Part shown: in pieces, positions 38,567 to 49,320 of the stretch | Layout of the letters: each line of letters begins with the position of its first letter | Numbering within the stretch: position 1 is the first letter of the stretch | NCBI GenBank assembly: GCA_029776065.1 | Contig: JARVJP010000011.1 | Span: forward strand, 214,961-278,960 | Length of the DNA stretch: 64,000 bases | Reading direction: 5' to 3' | DNA from: Nitrososphaeria archaeon | GTDB taxonomy: Archaea > Thermoproteota > Nitrososphaeria > JACIWG01 | Translations under genes and position numbers: made by a program | The notes under the pieces: model-generated | What the model was told of the DNA's origin: nothing | What the model saw: the letters and a program-made list of their open reading frames with translations, nothing else | Database searches by the model: none

Positions 38567-39445
38567 GTGATGCCATTGAAAAGTAGACAAACCAGAATGT
38601 TTTTGATGGACCTAAAATTTGCTTTAACTCTGCTAAGAAAGAACAAACTAGTAGTTTCTGGTTTTGTTATGGTGCTCTTCTTCATTTTCCTAGCTCTTTT
38701 CGGCGACTTTATTGTCGACCCAAACATCGCGAAGAGCGTTGATTACCCAAACGCTCTCAAGCCTCCTTCATGGGAGCATCCCTTTGGTACGGATGATAAT
38801 GGTAGAGATATAGTGGCCATGGTAGTACTCGCTGCTAAATACGATTTAGCTATAGCACTATCTGTTATACTGGCGTCAATTGGCGTAGGAATACTGGTCG
38901 GCTCGGTGTCTGGTTACTTTGGAGGAATTATTGATGAAGTAATCATGAGAATCACTGATATATTTTTGGCTTTCCCGGGATTGGTTTTAGCAATGGCGAT
39001 CGCCACTGTTTTAGGAAGGTCCTTTACAAACTTGATGCTAGCTTTGATCATAGTCTGGTGGTCAGGATATGCTAGAATCATGAGAGGTCAATTTATTTCT
39101 GAACGAGAAAAACCATACGTAGCTGCTGCTAAAATACTTAGCGTGCCAAGTTGGAGGATAATATTCAGGCACATTCTCCCAAACGCTATATACCCTATGC
39201 TCGTTGTTTTAACAATGGATATGGGTGGTGTGATATTGACTGCAGCGGGGCTGAGCTTTATTGGCCTAGGTCCATCACCTTTTGAGCCAGAGTGGGGTTC
39301 TCTTGCTTCCAGAGGCGCGGTATACCTCTTTCAAGCGCCTTGGATAATATTCTTCCCAGGTATAATGATCTTATTTGCATGTTTAGGCTTTAATCTTGTA
39401 GGTGATGGGTTAAGAGACGTGTTAGACCCGAGGCTTAGAAGGTGA
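38567..39445 (+). CDS. ABC transporter permease (OppC-like)
   Basis: Polytopic. ..AAAKILSVPSWRIIFRHILPNA.. EAA-like loop. Confidence 0.85.
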   Translation: MMPLKSRQTRMFLMDLKFALTLLRKNKLVVSGFVMVLFFIFLALFGDFIVDPNIAKSVDYPNALKPPSWEHPFGTDDNGRDIVAMVVLAAKYDLAIALSVILASIGVGILVGSVSGYFGGIIDEVIMRITDIFLAFPGLVLAMAIATVLGRSFTNLMLALIIVWWSGYARIMRGQFISEREKPYVAAAKILSVPSWRIIFRHILPNAIYPMLVVLTMDMGGVILTAAGLSFIGLGPSPFEPEWGSLASRGAVYLFQAPWIIFFPGIMILFACLGFNLVGDGLRDVLDPRLRR

Positions 39446-39449
39446 AAAG

Positions 39450-40433
39450 ATGCTGCTCAGTGTAAGGGACTTGATAGTAGAATTCTACACCTATAGAGGT
39501 ATAGTCCACGCGTTAAACGGTGTAAGTTTTGATCTAGATAAGGGAGAAGTTTTAGGACTCGCTGGTGAAACTGGGAGTGGAAAATCTGTAACTGCCTTCT
39601 CTATACAAAGATTACTTCCGGCGAATGCTAAGATTGTGTCAGGCAAGATCGTATTTGATGGAGTAGACCTGCTCGAGCTAAGTGAGGAAAAGATGCGTGA
39701 GATTAGAGGTCAAAGAATTGCAACGATCTTCCAAGACCCTCATACCTACCTTAACCCCGTCTTTAAGATAGAAAGACAGTTTTTAGATGTTCTAAAGTAT
39801 AATGACCCAGAAATCAAGGCTTTAGAGAATAAAAAGGAGGCTGAGAGAATCGCTTTCGAGAAGGCTGTTGAAATGTTGAAAAAGGTCAAGATGCCTGCCC
39901 CTGAACGCGTTCTTAAGATGTATCCTCACGAACTCAGTGGTGGGATGAAGCAAAGAGTCCTACTTGCTATGGCTTACTCTCTGACTCCAGACCTAATAAT
40001 AGCTGACGAGGCCACAACTGCTCTAGATGTAACTATACAAGCTCAAGTCTTGGAAATAATGAAAGAGCTTCAGAAAGAGAAGAACTTGTCCGTGCTACTC
40101 ATCACCCACGATTTAGGTGTTATTGCTGAAAATTGTCAAAAGGCTGCGATAATGTACGCTGGGAGAGTGGTTGAAATTGGGGACGTAAAGAAAGTTCTTA
40201 TTTCTCCAAAGCATCCTTATACACAGGGGTTACTTAAGGCACTACCTAGAACAGATAAGGAAGTTGAACTGGTAGGTATTCCTGGGACGGTGCCAGATTT
40301 GGTGAACCCACCAACCGGTTGTGCATTTAACTTGCGATGCCCCTATGCTAAAGAAATTTGTAGAACGAAGGTTCCTCCTTACACGTTAGAGGAGGGTTCT
40401 ACGGTTGCATGCTATCTTTATGGTGGGAAGTAA
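39450..40433 (+). CDS. Oligopeptide ABC transporter ATP-binding protein (OppD-like)
   Basis: GETGSGKS Walker A, LSGGMKQRV signature, LIIADEATTALD Walker B. Confidence 0.9.
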   Translation: MLLSVRDLIVEFYTYRGIVHALNGVSFDLDKGEVLGLAGETGSGKSVTAFSIQRLLPANAKIVSGKIVFDGVDLLELSEEKMREIRGQRIATIFQDPHTYLNPVFKIERQFLDVLKYNDPEIKALENKKEAERIAFEKAVEMLKKVKMPAPERVLKMYPHELSGGMKQRVLLAMAYSLTPDLIIADEATTALDVTIQAQVLEIMKELQKEKNLSVLLITHDLGVIAENCQKAAIMYAGRVVEIGDVKKVLISPKHPYTQGLLKALPRTDKEVELVGIPGTVPDLVNPPTGCAFNLRCPYAKEICRTKVPPYTLEEGSTVACYLYGGK

Positions 40434-41398
40434 TGGTGACTGAAGTAGTAAAAATAGAAAATCTTACAAAACACTTCCCTATAGTAGGAGGGATTCTTCA
40501 AAAGACAATAGGGTACGTCTACGCTGTGAACGATGTAACAATGTCCGTTCGCGAAGGTGAAACACATGGCCTAGTAGGTGAATCTGGTAGCGGGAAGACA
40601 ACTGTTGGTAGAATTATCGTGAAACTAACTAACCCAACATCGGGTAGAATTATCTTTGATGGCGAAGACATCACTAGAGTAAAAGGTGAAGCGCTAAGAA
40701 ACTATAGAAGAAAGGTCCAAATGGTCTTTCAGGATCCTTACGCATCTATGAACCCTAGGATGACCGTGAAGAGTGCCTTACTTGAAGTTATGAAGATTCA
40801 TTCGATGCATAAGGGCTCAGAGTATGAATATGCAACTAAGTTGATGGAGAGAGTCGGAATGAGTGAAGAACACCTCTATAGGTATCCACACGAGCTCTCC
40901 GGTGGTCAAAGACAGAGGGTTGTAATAGCAAGGGCTCTCAGTGTAGAACCAAAGTTCATCGTGTTAGATGAGCCTACAGCATCGTTAGATGTGTCTGTTC
41001 AAGCCCAAGTCCTTGATCTTTTAAAGGAATTACAGAAGCAGTATAGTTACTCTTACCTACTGATTACCCACAATTTAGCTATAATCAAGTATATAAGTCA
41101 CAGAACTACTGTGATGTATAGAGGGGTATGGGTTGAAACTGCACCCACACAAGAGCTCTTCAAAAACCCTCAACATCCATACACCATCGCTTTAATGTCG
41201 GCTGTACCTGTACCCGATCCAACATTGAGAAGAGAAAAGATAATCCTGAAAGGGGAACCACCGAATCCGATCGAAAAGGTAGTAGCTTGCCCGTTCCAAG
41301 ATAGATGCCCCTATGTTATGGACGTCTGTAGAGAAAAGATGCCGCCAGACACCGATCTAGGAAGTGAACATTTGGTGAGATGTTGGCTAAGAGCGTGA
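40409..41398 (+). CDS. Oligopeptide ABC transporter ATP-binding protein (OppF-like)
   Basis: [29 protein letters not shown]. 25-nt overlap with upstream ATPase gene. Confidence 0.9.
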   Translation: MLSLWWEVMVTEVVKIENLTKHFPIVGGILQKTIGYVYAVNDVTMSVREGETHGLVGESGSGKTTVGRIIVKLTNPTSGRIIFDGEDITRVKGEALRNYRRKVQMVFQDPYASMNPRMTVKSALLEVMKIHSMHKGSEYEYATKLMERVGMSEEHLYRYPHELSGGQRQRVVIARALSVEPKFIVLDEPTASLDVSVQAQVLDLLKELQKQYSYSYLLITHNLAIIKYISHRTTVMYRGVWVETAPTQELFKNPQHPYTIALMSAVPVPDPTLRREKIILKGEPPNPIEKVVACPFQDRCPYVMDVCREKMPPDTDLGSEHLVRCWLRA

Positions 41399-41502
41399 AA
41401 CCTGATTACAAAGACTTTCTAGCCCTGTTTCTAGCATACCTTAGAATTTTACTCCCAATGATTATAATATTCATAGTGATTCTGGTACTTATATCAATCC
41501 TA

Positions 41503-41521
41503 TTCTTCCACTAAAGTGGAA
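41503..41521 (+). promoter_or_regulatory. Perfect 7-bp stem hairpin (TTCCACT-AAA-AGTGGAA) between the opp operon end and the next gene
   Basis: Inverted repeat read directly from the sequence. It overlaps the GTG that the ORF track uses as the start of the 41516 ORF. Confidence 0.4.
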
Positions 41522-42205
41522 ACTTACAAGAGATCTGTTGTCATGGCTTACCTTAACTCAAACACTCTGCTGAAGATTCTCCCCTACTTGAGAGGACGAA
41601 CGTTCTCTATTCAAAAAGTTGCCGATTCAACAGGGCTTCCAGGTGAAACTGTGATCGAAGTACTTTCGCCCTTGATCGAACAGAACTATTTAGAAATAGA
41701 CGAAGATAAGGTATTTGTTAAGAAGAATTCGATCCCCATACTCTCCATACAGGCATTAAAGGCTGGTGCAAGTTTCAACGAAATCCTCAAGCTAGTGGGA
41801 TGGCAGGACTTTGAAGACTTCGTTCACAACCTAGTCTTAGAATATGGTTTTACCTCTTTTAAGAATTATAGGGTGAAGGAGCCAAGAGTCGAAATAGATG
41901 TGTTGGCTTTAAAAGGATCCTTCGGACTTGTAATTGATTGTAAACAATGGCATAAGGTTCTTGGAGGGTCCGATCTAGATCGGGTTGTCGCCAAACAAAT
42001 AAGTCGAGCCAAAGTTTTATTAGCAATTGATAAGAATCTTTTAAAGGACAAGGTTCTAGTTCCTGTAATCGTCACTTTACTTCCCTCTTCTGAAAGATAC
42101 TATTACGGTGTACCTATAGTGCCTTGTGAGATGTTCAAATCTTTTGTTGGGGAGATTGACGGGCGATTAAGTGAAGTTCTGACAATTTCAAGAGAAAGTG
42201 TTTAA
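41516..42205 (+). CDS. wHTH-domain protein fused to a PD-(D/E)xK (restriction-endonuclease-like/Hjc-like) nuclease fold. Probable real start at ATG 41543
   Basis: N-terminal wHTH (..RTFSIQKVADSTGLPGETVIEVLSPLIEQNYLEI..). C-terminal E..GF...R...EIDVLA...GLVIDCKQW matches the E-x(n)-D-x(n)-(D/E)xK nuclease core. Confidence 0.5.
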   Translation: METYKRSVVMAYLNSNTLLKILPYLRGRTFSIQKVADSTGLPGETVIEVLSPLIEQNYLEIDEDKVFVKKNSIPILSIQALKAGASFNEILKLVGWQDFEDFVHNLVLEYGFTSFKNYRVKEPRVEIDVLALKGSFGLVIDCKQWHKVLGGSDLDRVVAKQISRAKVLLAIDKNLLKDKVLVPVIVTLLPSSERYYYGVPIVPCEMFKSFVGEIDGRLSEVLTISRESV

Positions 42206-42311
42206 GAATGCATAGAAATGTCGATGTTCGCAAAAAAGCCACTACTTGAGTAAATTGTTTGAATAATTAATTTCCAATCTTTAAATATAACTAATATGGA
42301 AAAAAAGGTAA

Positions 42312-42689
42312 ATGCGTGATTGTCATTCCGAAGTCTTGAGACGGAGAGCCCTAGGTCTTCTCAATAACGCTAGAGATAACTTTCAGAGGGAGGAGTATGA
42401 TTTAGTATTATTTCACGTAGAGCAGTTTCTTCAGCTGTACCTAAAACGCATTTTATATGAGAAGATAGGCACTTATATAAAAACCCACTCCCTAACATCA
42501 CTCTTAAAGGAGCTTCAGAAGGTTTACGAAGACAAAGCCTTATTCGAGTTATACAATTCAAATATAGAAACTATAAATCTACTCGAAGACGCGTATATAA
42601 CGTCCAGGTACCTTCCAAGAGAATACGATAAAGAGGTAGCCGAGAAAGTGTTAAAGTTTGCGGAACAGACCTTGGAGGTGTTGCGATGA
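42312..42689 (+). CDS. HEPN-domain protein (HepT-like toxin component)
   Basis: All-alpha ~125 aa, HEPN-family ..EDAYITSRYLPREY.. region. Directly followed and overlapped by an MNT gene. Confidence 0.6.
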   Translation: MRDCHSEVLRRRALGLLNNARDNFQREEYDLVLFHVEQFLQLYLKRILYEKIGTYIKTHSLTSLLKELQKVYEDKALFELYNSNIETINLLEDAYITSRYLPREYDKEVAEKVLKFAEQTLEVLR

Positions 42690-43039
42690 GCATAAGAACC
42701 GAAGTGGATGTACAGCTCGAAATCTTGAGTGCCTTCAAAAAGTACTATGAAAATGTAAACCATTATGTTAATAAGATTAAAGCCCTAGTTAGGAAGTACG
42801 ATCCCTCAGCAAGGGTTATTTTGTTTGGGAGCTATGTTAGAGGAAATATGGGGCCTGACAGCGATATTGACGTACTCCTGATCACAAGGCTTGCGAGTGA
42901 TGTGAAAGAGAGAGTTAGACTGAGAATAGAGATTAAAAGGGCAATAGGCGATCTAACACCCTTCGAAATACACATTGTGACAGAAGAAGAATACAAGAGC
43001 TGGTATAAGAAGTTTATAGATCAACATGTAGAGGTCTAG
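42686..43039 (+). CDS. Minimal nucleotidyltransferase (MNT/MntA-like antitoxin component)
   Basis: GS-x(9-13)-DxD motif: LFGSYVRGNMGPDSDIDVLL. 4-nt overlap with HEPN gene. Confidence 0.8.
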   Translation: MSIRTEVDVQLEILSAFKKYYENVNHYVNKIKALVRKYDPSARVILFGSYVRGNMGPDSDIDVLLITRLASDVKERVRLRIEIKRAIGDLTPFEIHIVTEEEYKSWYKKFIDQHVEV

Positions 43040-43125
43040 AGATGGAATTTGTTCTTCTCTACCTTCTTGTATAGAAGCTATTAGTTAAAATTCCAATCAT
43101 TCTATTTAGAAATAAGCACAAACTT

Positions 43126-43527
43126 CTATTTTTTCGATCGTCCCTCAAGAAGTTGTCTTATCTTCGTTACCTCTTCAAGAATCCTATCATTTACTTTTTC
43201 TTCGTATGTCTCAACTGCTTGCGGTTTCCTGCTTTTAATATAATTCATTATGGTCTCTCTTAAGGATTCGTAGTTCTCCACACATTCTATTCTTATTTCA
43301 GCGGAAGTCTTTTGAGCTGAGTACCCTGCTGTTTGGATCTTAAGAGAGGCGACCTTTAGTCTTCTTGATAAAGGCCATTGGGTTACATCTATGTTCGTTA
43401 TTCTATTGTATGGTACTATACCAGTTGTTTTGAACCATACGCCTCTTCTCCAGACTATCTCGTTTTCGGTAAGCCTATAGAATACCGTCTCATAGTATCG
43501 AGGTATCCAGACGAAGGCTAAAGACAT
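43126..43527 (-). CDS. Bacterial-type PH domain protein (bPH_2 / DUF304-like)
   Basis: ..YRLTENEIVWRRGVWFKTTGIVPYNRITNIDVTQ.PLSRRLKVASLKIQTAG.. matches the YdbS/YdbT PH-domain consensus. Confidence 0.6.
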   Translation of the reverse strand: MSLAFVWIPRYYETVFYRLTENEIVWRRGVWFKTTGIVPYNRITNIDVTQWPLSRRLKVASLKIQTAGYSAQKTSAEIRIECVENYESLRETIMNYIKSRKPQAVETYEEKVNDRILEEVTKIRQLLEGRSKK

Positions 43528-43820
43528 AAACTAGAAAAAATATAGCAAACAAAGAGACTAAAGCTACTTCTTGCACAAACAGGATAAGGGGAATGTACTA
43601 AGAAAGAAAGCCTCCAAAGAACACTATGTTCAGGTAATAGCTGTAAAGTCTCTTAAGTTGGGATGCGGGTTTAAAATCTTCTCCAATATTCACCTTTGTC
43701 CTTTCCATCTAGCTAAAATCAACGGTGCCGCTCCTTATATTCCTTTACTCTATATTATATTATAAAGTTGGAATCAGGTATTAGAATGAAAGTCATGTTA
43801 GAAAATATATTAGTCGTTAA

Positions 43821-45056
43821 TCACGCGTCTACGTTCTTCGCCTTAAAGGTTCTCGCTCCAATTAAAGAGACTAAGTTTGTAGCTATTATGACCATCGTAA
43901 CTATAGAAAGTATCTCTTGCGAGTAGGGTGTACCATATTCTATCATCAAGGTCGCTACAACAGCGGGTGTTAAACCCTGTCCCATTAATGTGAAGATAAA
44001 TCTTTTCTCAAATCCTGGTCTAGAATGGTCGGCCACATAGGTTGCAACAAACCTTGAAGATAATAGCGCCAACATTATAGCACCTAACATAATGTAATTC
44101 TTAAGGCTAAGGAATGTTGAGATACTCATCTCTAAACCCAAGAGGACAAAGAAGAACGTTCTAAGGAAAAAGGAGATCTCGTCTTGAAACCGGCTCAGAT
44201 ATATCATAACATTTTCAGGCATTTCTAACCTCAACGATAGGGGATCAGAAATGAGCTTGCTGTTGGCAAAAACCAGACCTAAGGTGATTGCAGATATTAT
44301 CCCACTCCCATCGATGACCTCAACAAATGCATACGTCATCAGAAGGTAACCAAATGTAGCTATGTACAGGTATTTCACGTCATATGCGACCCTAATAAGC
44401 CTAAGCCAGAAAAGCGCGGCAACAACTCCGATCAAGAAGCTTACAGAAAACTTAGAAAAGAACGAGGCGATGATAACCTTTGCTCCATCGAGATCAAGTG
44501 CAATATTATTAAGGTAACTGTTTAGAAAGGTTGAGAAAAGCACTATAATTATCAGACTATTTAAGGCCGCCTCCATCGTTACACTAACGAACAGATTCTT
44601 GTTTGTGGAAAGCATTTTAGCATAATACCCGACAACAGCGACTGTTGTTTCGCCACCAATAGTCACACTTAAGAATAGAGCTGGGTAAAGAGGCCAGTTG
44701 AATAAGTATGTCAATATATAGAAAACCGATACTATACTTAACCCTACATATATTAATGTCCTAATTAACGCAGAAAAACTTTCTTTCAAAAGTTCTTTGA
44801 CATATATTTCTAGTCCGAAGCCGAAAAGTATCATAGCTAATGTAAGACTGCTCATTACGGGCGCGATCAACTTAACAAGGTCAACAGGAAAGAAGCCTAG
44901 AACTGGCCCTACAACGAAACCGAAAGCGATTAAAAAGAATATTTCCGGAAAGCCTGTCTTCTTGAAAGCTATGTTACCAAAGAAGCCTATAAAAATTATG
45001 GCAGAGAGAAAGACAAAAACCGAAATGGCAGAAATCATCATAAATGATTTGCCCAT
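43821..45056 (-). CDS. Cation:proton antiporter family membrane protein (CPA/NhaP-KefB-like)
   Basis: ~11-12 TM. N-terminal ..IAFKKTGFPEIFFLIAFGFVVGP.. resembles the CPA1/2 first helix-loop motif. Confidence 0.55.
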   Translation of the reverse strand: MGKSFMMISAISVFVFLSAIIFIGFFGNIAFKKTGFPEIFFLIAFGFVVGPVLGFFPVDLVKLIAPVMSSLTLAMILFGFGLEIYVKELLKESFSALIRTLIYVGLSIVSVFYILTYLFNWPLYPALFLSVTIGGETTVAVVGYYAKMLSTNKNLFVSVTMEAALNSLIIIVLFSTFLNSYLNNIALDLDGAKVIIASFFSKFSVSFLIGVVAALFWLRLIRVAYDVKYLYIATFGYLLMTYAFVEVIDGSGIISAITLGLVFANSKLISDPLSLRLEMPENVMIYLSRFQDEISFFLRTFFFVLLGLEMSISTFLSLKNYIMLGAIMLALLSSRFVATYVADHSRPGFEKRFIFTLMGQGLTPAVVATLMIEYGTPYSQEILSIVTMVIIATNLVSLIGARTFKAKNVDA

Positions 45057-45141
45057 TCTGAATATAAGTTTTTAGAAGGAAAGTTAGAGAAAAAAGGAAC
45101 CCGACTATTTTATATAGTATTTTAATAGGAAATATGATAAG

Positions 45142-46056
45142 TTGGAGAACAACCTTTTGAGTCTGCAAAATAGAATTAAAGATCTCAAGATCAAGAGAAA
45201 CGCGATCATACTAGCCCATAATTACCAACCAGCCGAAGTACAAGATATAGCTGACTTCGTTGGAGACTCGTTAGAACTGAGTCAAAAGGCTGCAATGAGC
45301 GATGCTACCACAATTGTATTTTGTGGGGTACATTTCATGGCTGAAACAGCTGTCATACTGTGCCCTGAAAAAAAGGTGTTGATGCCAGAAGTGAATGCCG
45401 GATGCCCTATGGCCAATATGATTACCGTGGAAGGCTTGAAGTCGCTCAAGCGAGCGTATCCAAATGCAAAGGTTGTGTGCTACGTCAACACAAAGGCTGA
45501 AGTCAAGGCGGAAAGTGATATATGTTGCTCCTCCTCTAACGCTGTCAAGGTTGTAGAATCGATCAGGGATCATGAAATCATTTTTATCCCAGACAAATAT
45601 CTAGCACACTATGTATATACCAAGACAGGGAAGAAGATTATATCATGGCATGGTTACTGCCCAACTCACGCCAAGATTCTACCCGAACATATCATGAGAC
45701 AGAAGAAGATTCACCCCCAAGCAGAGGTTATAGTCCATCCAGAATGCGCACCAACCACAATTGCCTTGGCTGACAGAGTACTTTCTACAGGAGGCATGTG
45801 CAAGTACGCTAGAGAGTCTAAAGTACGTGAGATGATCATTGGCACAGAAACCAGTATACTTCACAGACTTAGAAAGGAAAACCCTGAAAAGGAATTCTAT
45901 CCAGCATCTGAATTAGCCATATGCCCAAACATGAAGATGACAACCATCGAAAAGGTACTTTGGTCTCTTCAAGACATGAGTACCGAAATCAAGATCCCAT
46001 ACGACATTCGATTCAGAGCCAAGGCTGCTGTTGATAAAATGTTAGAAATATCTTGA
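45142..46056 (+). CDS. nadA: Quinolinate synthase A
   Basis: ..AIILAHNYQPAEVQDIADFVGDSLELS...VFCGVHFMAETA.. three-repeat NadA architecture with conserved Cys ligands. Confidence 0.9.
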   Translation: MENNLLSLQNRIKDLKIKRNAIILAHNYQPAEVQDIADFVGDSLELSQKAAMSDATTIVFCGVHFMAETAVILCPEKKVLMPEVNAGCPMANMITVEGLKSLKRAYPNAKVVCYVNTKAEVKAESDICCSSSNAVKVVESIRDHEIIFIPDKYLAHYVYTKTGKKIISWHGYCPTHAKILPEHIMRQKKIHPQAEVIVHPECAPTTIALADRVLSTGGMCKYARESKVREMIIGTETSILHRLRKENPEKEFYPASELAICPNMKMTTIEKVLWSLQDMSTEIKIPYDIRFRAKAAVDKMLEIS

Positions 46057-46280
46057 CCAAGTATTTTCATGGCAACGATTACGATATTTTATGAAGACCC
46101 TCTTCTAGCTATCTCTTTGGTTGAAAAGAAAGGTCATTATAATATTGCTTTTTGGTCGCTTGAAACCTGGCTACAAAGGAAATGTATCAAGGAATGAGGG
46201 GAAACATTAGTTGAGGTTAAATGTCACCATTGCCTTTATAAAGGAGCCACAAGTCGGGCATTACCGAAGATGCTTAGAAC

Positions 46281-47141
46281 TTGAAGAACCTAAAGAACTC
46301 AATAATGCTTTTGGCTGTGATCCTAATATGGGGTGCCAACTGGGTGAACATGAAAGTAGGTCTTTATTATACTACACCGTTAAATTACCTATTCCAAAGG
46401 TTCTTCTTTTCAAGTTTCATGATAGCACCGTTTCTTCTCTTCGCTAAAAACGGGTTCAAGAGAGCCCCCAAAGTATACGCAAATGTCGTCATATTATGCA
46501 TTATCTACGCGTTCAGTGTTACCTTCTTAATGATCGGATTAGAGCATGAGAGTGCCGGCATAAGTTCGGTGGTAACATTTACGCAGCCACTGTTCGTCTT
46601 CGCTTTGTCAGCCATCTTTTTGAGGAACGAAATCACAAAAGTTAGAGTTATAGGTGTTCTGATCGGATTTGGGGGCATAGCAATGATATACATTGAGAAG
46701 ATTGGGGGTCTAGAATATACTACAATGTCGATCGTCTTTTTGTTGGCAAGCGCCTTTCTCTGGGCTGTCACAATAGTCCATTATAAGATAATCTCCGATA
46801 AAGTTCATCCTTACTGGATAAGCTTCTTTCAAGTTGCGATCGGTTCTATCATAGTCTACCCATTCGCCTTCTGGACGGGAGGTGTCGTATTCGTATCCGA
46901 TCTACCATACATCTTTTCTTTAGTGTATGTGACGGTCCTGTCGACTGTGGTAGCGTTCTTTCTATGGTTTTACCTTCTAAGGAGCGAAGATGCTGCAAAA
47001 GTGTCTTCTTCAAGCCTTATGATCCCTGTAGTTGCTCTAGTTTCTGGCAATTTGTTACTCGGGGAGATGATCAATTTTTCTCAGATGGTGGGTGTCATGA
47101 TGGTTTTAACAGGTGTCTATCTTGTCAACAGAAGAGACTAG
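46281..47141 (+). CDS. EamA/DMT-superfamily transporter
   Basis: 10-TM, two EamA repeats. Confidence 0.75.
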   Translation: MKNLKNSIMLLAVILIWGANWVNMKVGLYYTTPLNYLFQRFFFSSFMIAPFLLFAKNGFKRAPKVYANVVILCIIYAFSVTFLMIGLEHESAGISSVVTFTQPLFVFALSAIFLRNEITKVRVIGVLIGFGGIAMIYIEKIGGLEYTTMSIVFLLASAFLWAVTIVHYKIISDKVHPYWISFFQVAIGSIIVYPFAFWTGGVVFVSDLPYIFSLVYVTVLSTVVAFFLWFYLLRSEDAAKVSSSSLMIPVVALVSGNLLLGEMINFSQMVGVMMVLTGVYLVNRRD

Positions 47142-47385
47142 TTCTTACTAATATATTTCCAATCTTCATATACCTATGACGTAATAATATGTTCCACATA
47201 TGTCTATAACTTCCAATAAATAGGTCCGTCTTCGACAACGATCTTTATGTTATAAGGTTTTATAGGTAAGTTATTAAATCATAACAGGAAGTAATTGATA
47301 TGGTGTAGTGGTTGATGGTATGAAAAACCTAATCAATTTGCCATATTGAAGAACGCGCACATGTATTACTCTAAGAATTAGTTAA

Positions 47386-49320
47386 CTATATGCTTGCCAA
47401 AGTCAGCAATCTAAATGCAACGCCACCTAAAATTATTGCAAATGTAATCTCAAAAATCGTTATGAACAAGGCTTTTTTCCAACCGAATTCTTTAACTAAA
47501 GCAGCTATAGTTGCAACGCATGGTATATAGAGCATAGCAACTAAAGCTAGTACGAACATTTGAACATGGGTCAAGACTACTGCAAAATCGGTTGTCCCCA
47601 TAAGAGTAGCGAGCATGACTAATGTTAACTCCTTCCTCAGTACGCCAAATATCAACGTGATTCCAGTAACAGCTGGTAATCCCAACCATATAACAGTTAC
47701 TGGGCTGAGGATGGTGGCTACTGGCTCCAAAAGGTCAAAGAATTCTGCAAGCTTTATCGTAAGACTTCCAACAACTATTAAGGGAAAGGCTATCTTTATA
47801 AATTCGGTTACTCTAAACCATGTTTCCTTTAAAACAGTATTCAGATGTGGCAGCTTGTAATCATGCATCTCCATAATTAAGGCTGTCGACTCCCCTGGCA
47901 GAGCTTTAAACGCAAGTCTCCCAAGAGAAAAAATGATTAACAGGTCAATGATATAAAGCATTAAGGCCCACTGAATACCCACAAACGCGCCTACCAAACC
48001 AAGTATTATGACAGAGCGTGCGGCGCAAGGAACTAACGTTGAAACGAACGCAGCTATAAGTCGTTCTCTCTCCGTCTCCATTATCCTGCAACCTAGGCAG
48101 GCTGGAACGTTGCATCCGAATCCTAACATGACAGGTATGAATGCTTTTCCATGAAGCCCCATCTTATGCATTACGTTATCCATCAGGAATGCGATTCGAC
48201 TGAGATAACCTGAATCTTCTAACAAGTACAATATTATGTAAAATGGGACGATGTATGGTAGGGCTATTGTAGTGCCTGCTATGATACCTTCGATAGCTCC
48301 CCAAACAATTGTGCCTAAGAAACCACTTCCAAATAGGTCAACAAAGAGAGGCTTGAAGCCGTATAAGATGTTGCTCAACAAGTCTGAAGTATAGTTTCCA
48401 AAGGTGAAGATAAGATAAAATATTAAAAGTAATAACGAGATCATAATAGGATACCCAATAATTTTATGTGTTGTCATGTTATGGAGTTTCTCATTTATTG
48501 AAGGTTTTGCTGGTATAACTAGCTTTTGAACTTCTCTTGCAATGCATCCCGCAACCTCATATCGTTCAGAAGTTATCACTGTTGGGCAAGAATGGCCGTG
48601 TAGTCGTTCAATTTCCTTTGCAACTTCCTTTGCAGTAGACACTATCTGAGGGCTTATTTCATTAACTCTTTGTTCAATTTCTTGGTCTCCTTCTAAGAGT
48701 TTTATTGCAACATATCTTCGAGGGTACTTTAATTGAAGTTTTTCAAGCATCTTTATCAGATTATTAACCTTCTCCTCAACTTCTCCTCCATACTTAATTT
48801 TTGTTGGTTTAACAGTTCCTTTCTCAATCATTTCTACTGCTTTTTCCAGGAGTTGAAAGACACCAACCCCCTTTGTTGCGATCGTTGGTATGATCGGTAT
48901 ATTCAGAATTTTCTCCAACTTTTTTATATCGATTTCTATGCCTTTTTCTCTAGCTATATCCATCTGGTTTAAAGCAATAACCATTGGCGTTTCAAGTTCG
49001 ATTAATTGTAGTGTGAAGAACAGATTTCTTTCGAGAACAGACGCATCAATTACATTTATCACTAAATCCGGTTTTTCTACAGCAATAAAATTTCTTGAAA
49101 CCAACTCTTCTAGGGAATAAGCTGAAAGTGAATATATGCCTGGTAAATCAATTATATCTATCGTATACCCCCTAAAGTGTAGAGTACCCTCTGCTTTCTC
49201 AACAGTCTTCCCAGGCCAGTTTCCTATGTGCTGATGTAAACCAGTTAAATGGTTGAAGATAACCGATTTCCCGACATTCGCATTTCCGGCTAAAGCGATC
49301 ACCAGTTTCTTCTTGCTCAC
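47386..49320 (-). CDS. feoB: Ferrous iron transport protein B
   Basis: N-terminal G-domain ([16 protein letters not shown]) followed by polytopic permease domain with Gate motifs. Confidence 0.95.
   Translation of the reverse strand: MSKKKLVIALAGNANVGKSVIFNHLTGLHQHIGNWPGKTVEKAEGTLHFRGYTIDIIDLPGIYSLSAYSLEELVSRNFIAVEKPDLVINVIDASVLERNLFFTLQLIELETPMVIALNQMDIAREKGIEIDIKKLEKILNIPIIPTIATKGVGVFQLLEKAVEMIEKGTVKPTKIKYGGEVEEKVNNLIKMLEKLQLKYPRRYVAIKLLEGDQEIEQRVNEISPQIVSTAKEVAKEIERLHGHSCPTVITSERYEVAGCIAREVQKLVIPAKPSINEKLHNMTTHKIIGYPIMISLLLLIFYLIFTFGNYTSDLLSNILYGFKPLFVDLFGSGFLGTIVWGAIEGIIAGTTIALPYIVPFYIILYLLEDSGYLSRIAFLMDNVMHKMGLHGKAFIPVMLGFGCNVPACLGCRIMETERERLIAAFVSTLVPCAARSVIILGLVGAFVGIQWALMLYIIDLLIIFSLGRLAFKALPGESTALIMEMHDYKLPHLNTVLKETWFRVTEFIKIAFPLIVVGSLTIKLAEFFDLLEPVATILSPVTVIWLGLPAVTGITLIFGVLRKELTLVMLATLMGTTDFAVVLTHVQMFVLALVAMLYIPCVATIAALVKEFGWKKALFITIFEITFAIILGGVAFRLLTLASI

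Noticed and set aside
46099-46224. Possible 41-aa ORF (MATITIFYEDPLLAISLVEKKGHYNIAFWSLETWLQRKCIKE) between nadA and the EamA transporter
   Set aside because: Too short and featureless to support. No SD/TATA evidence. Could be a leader region of the transporter.
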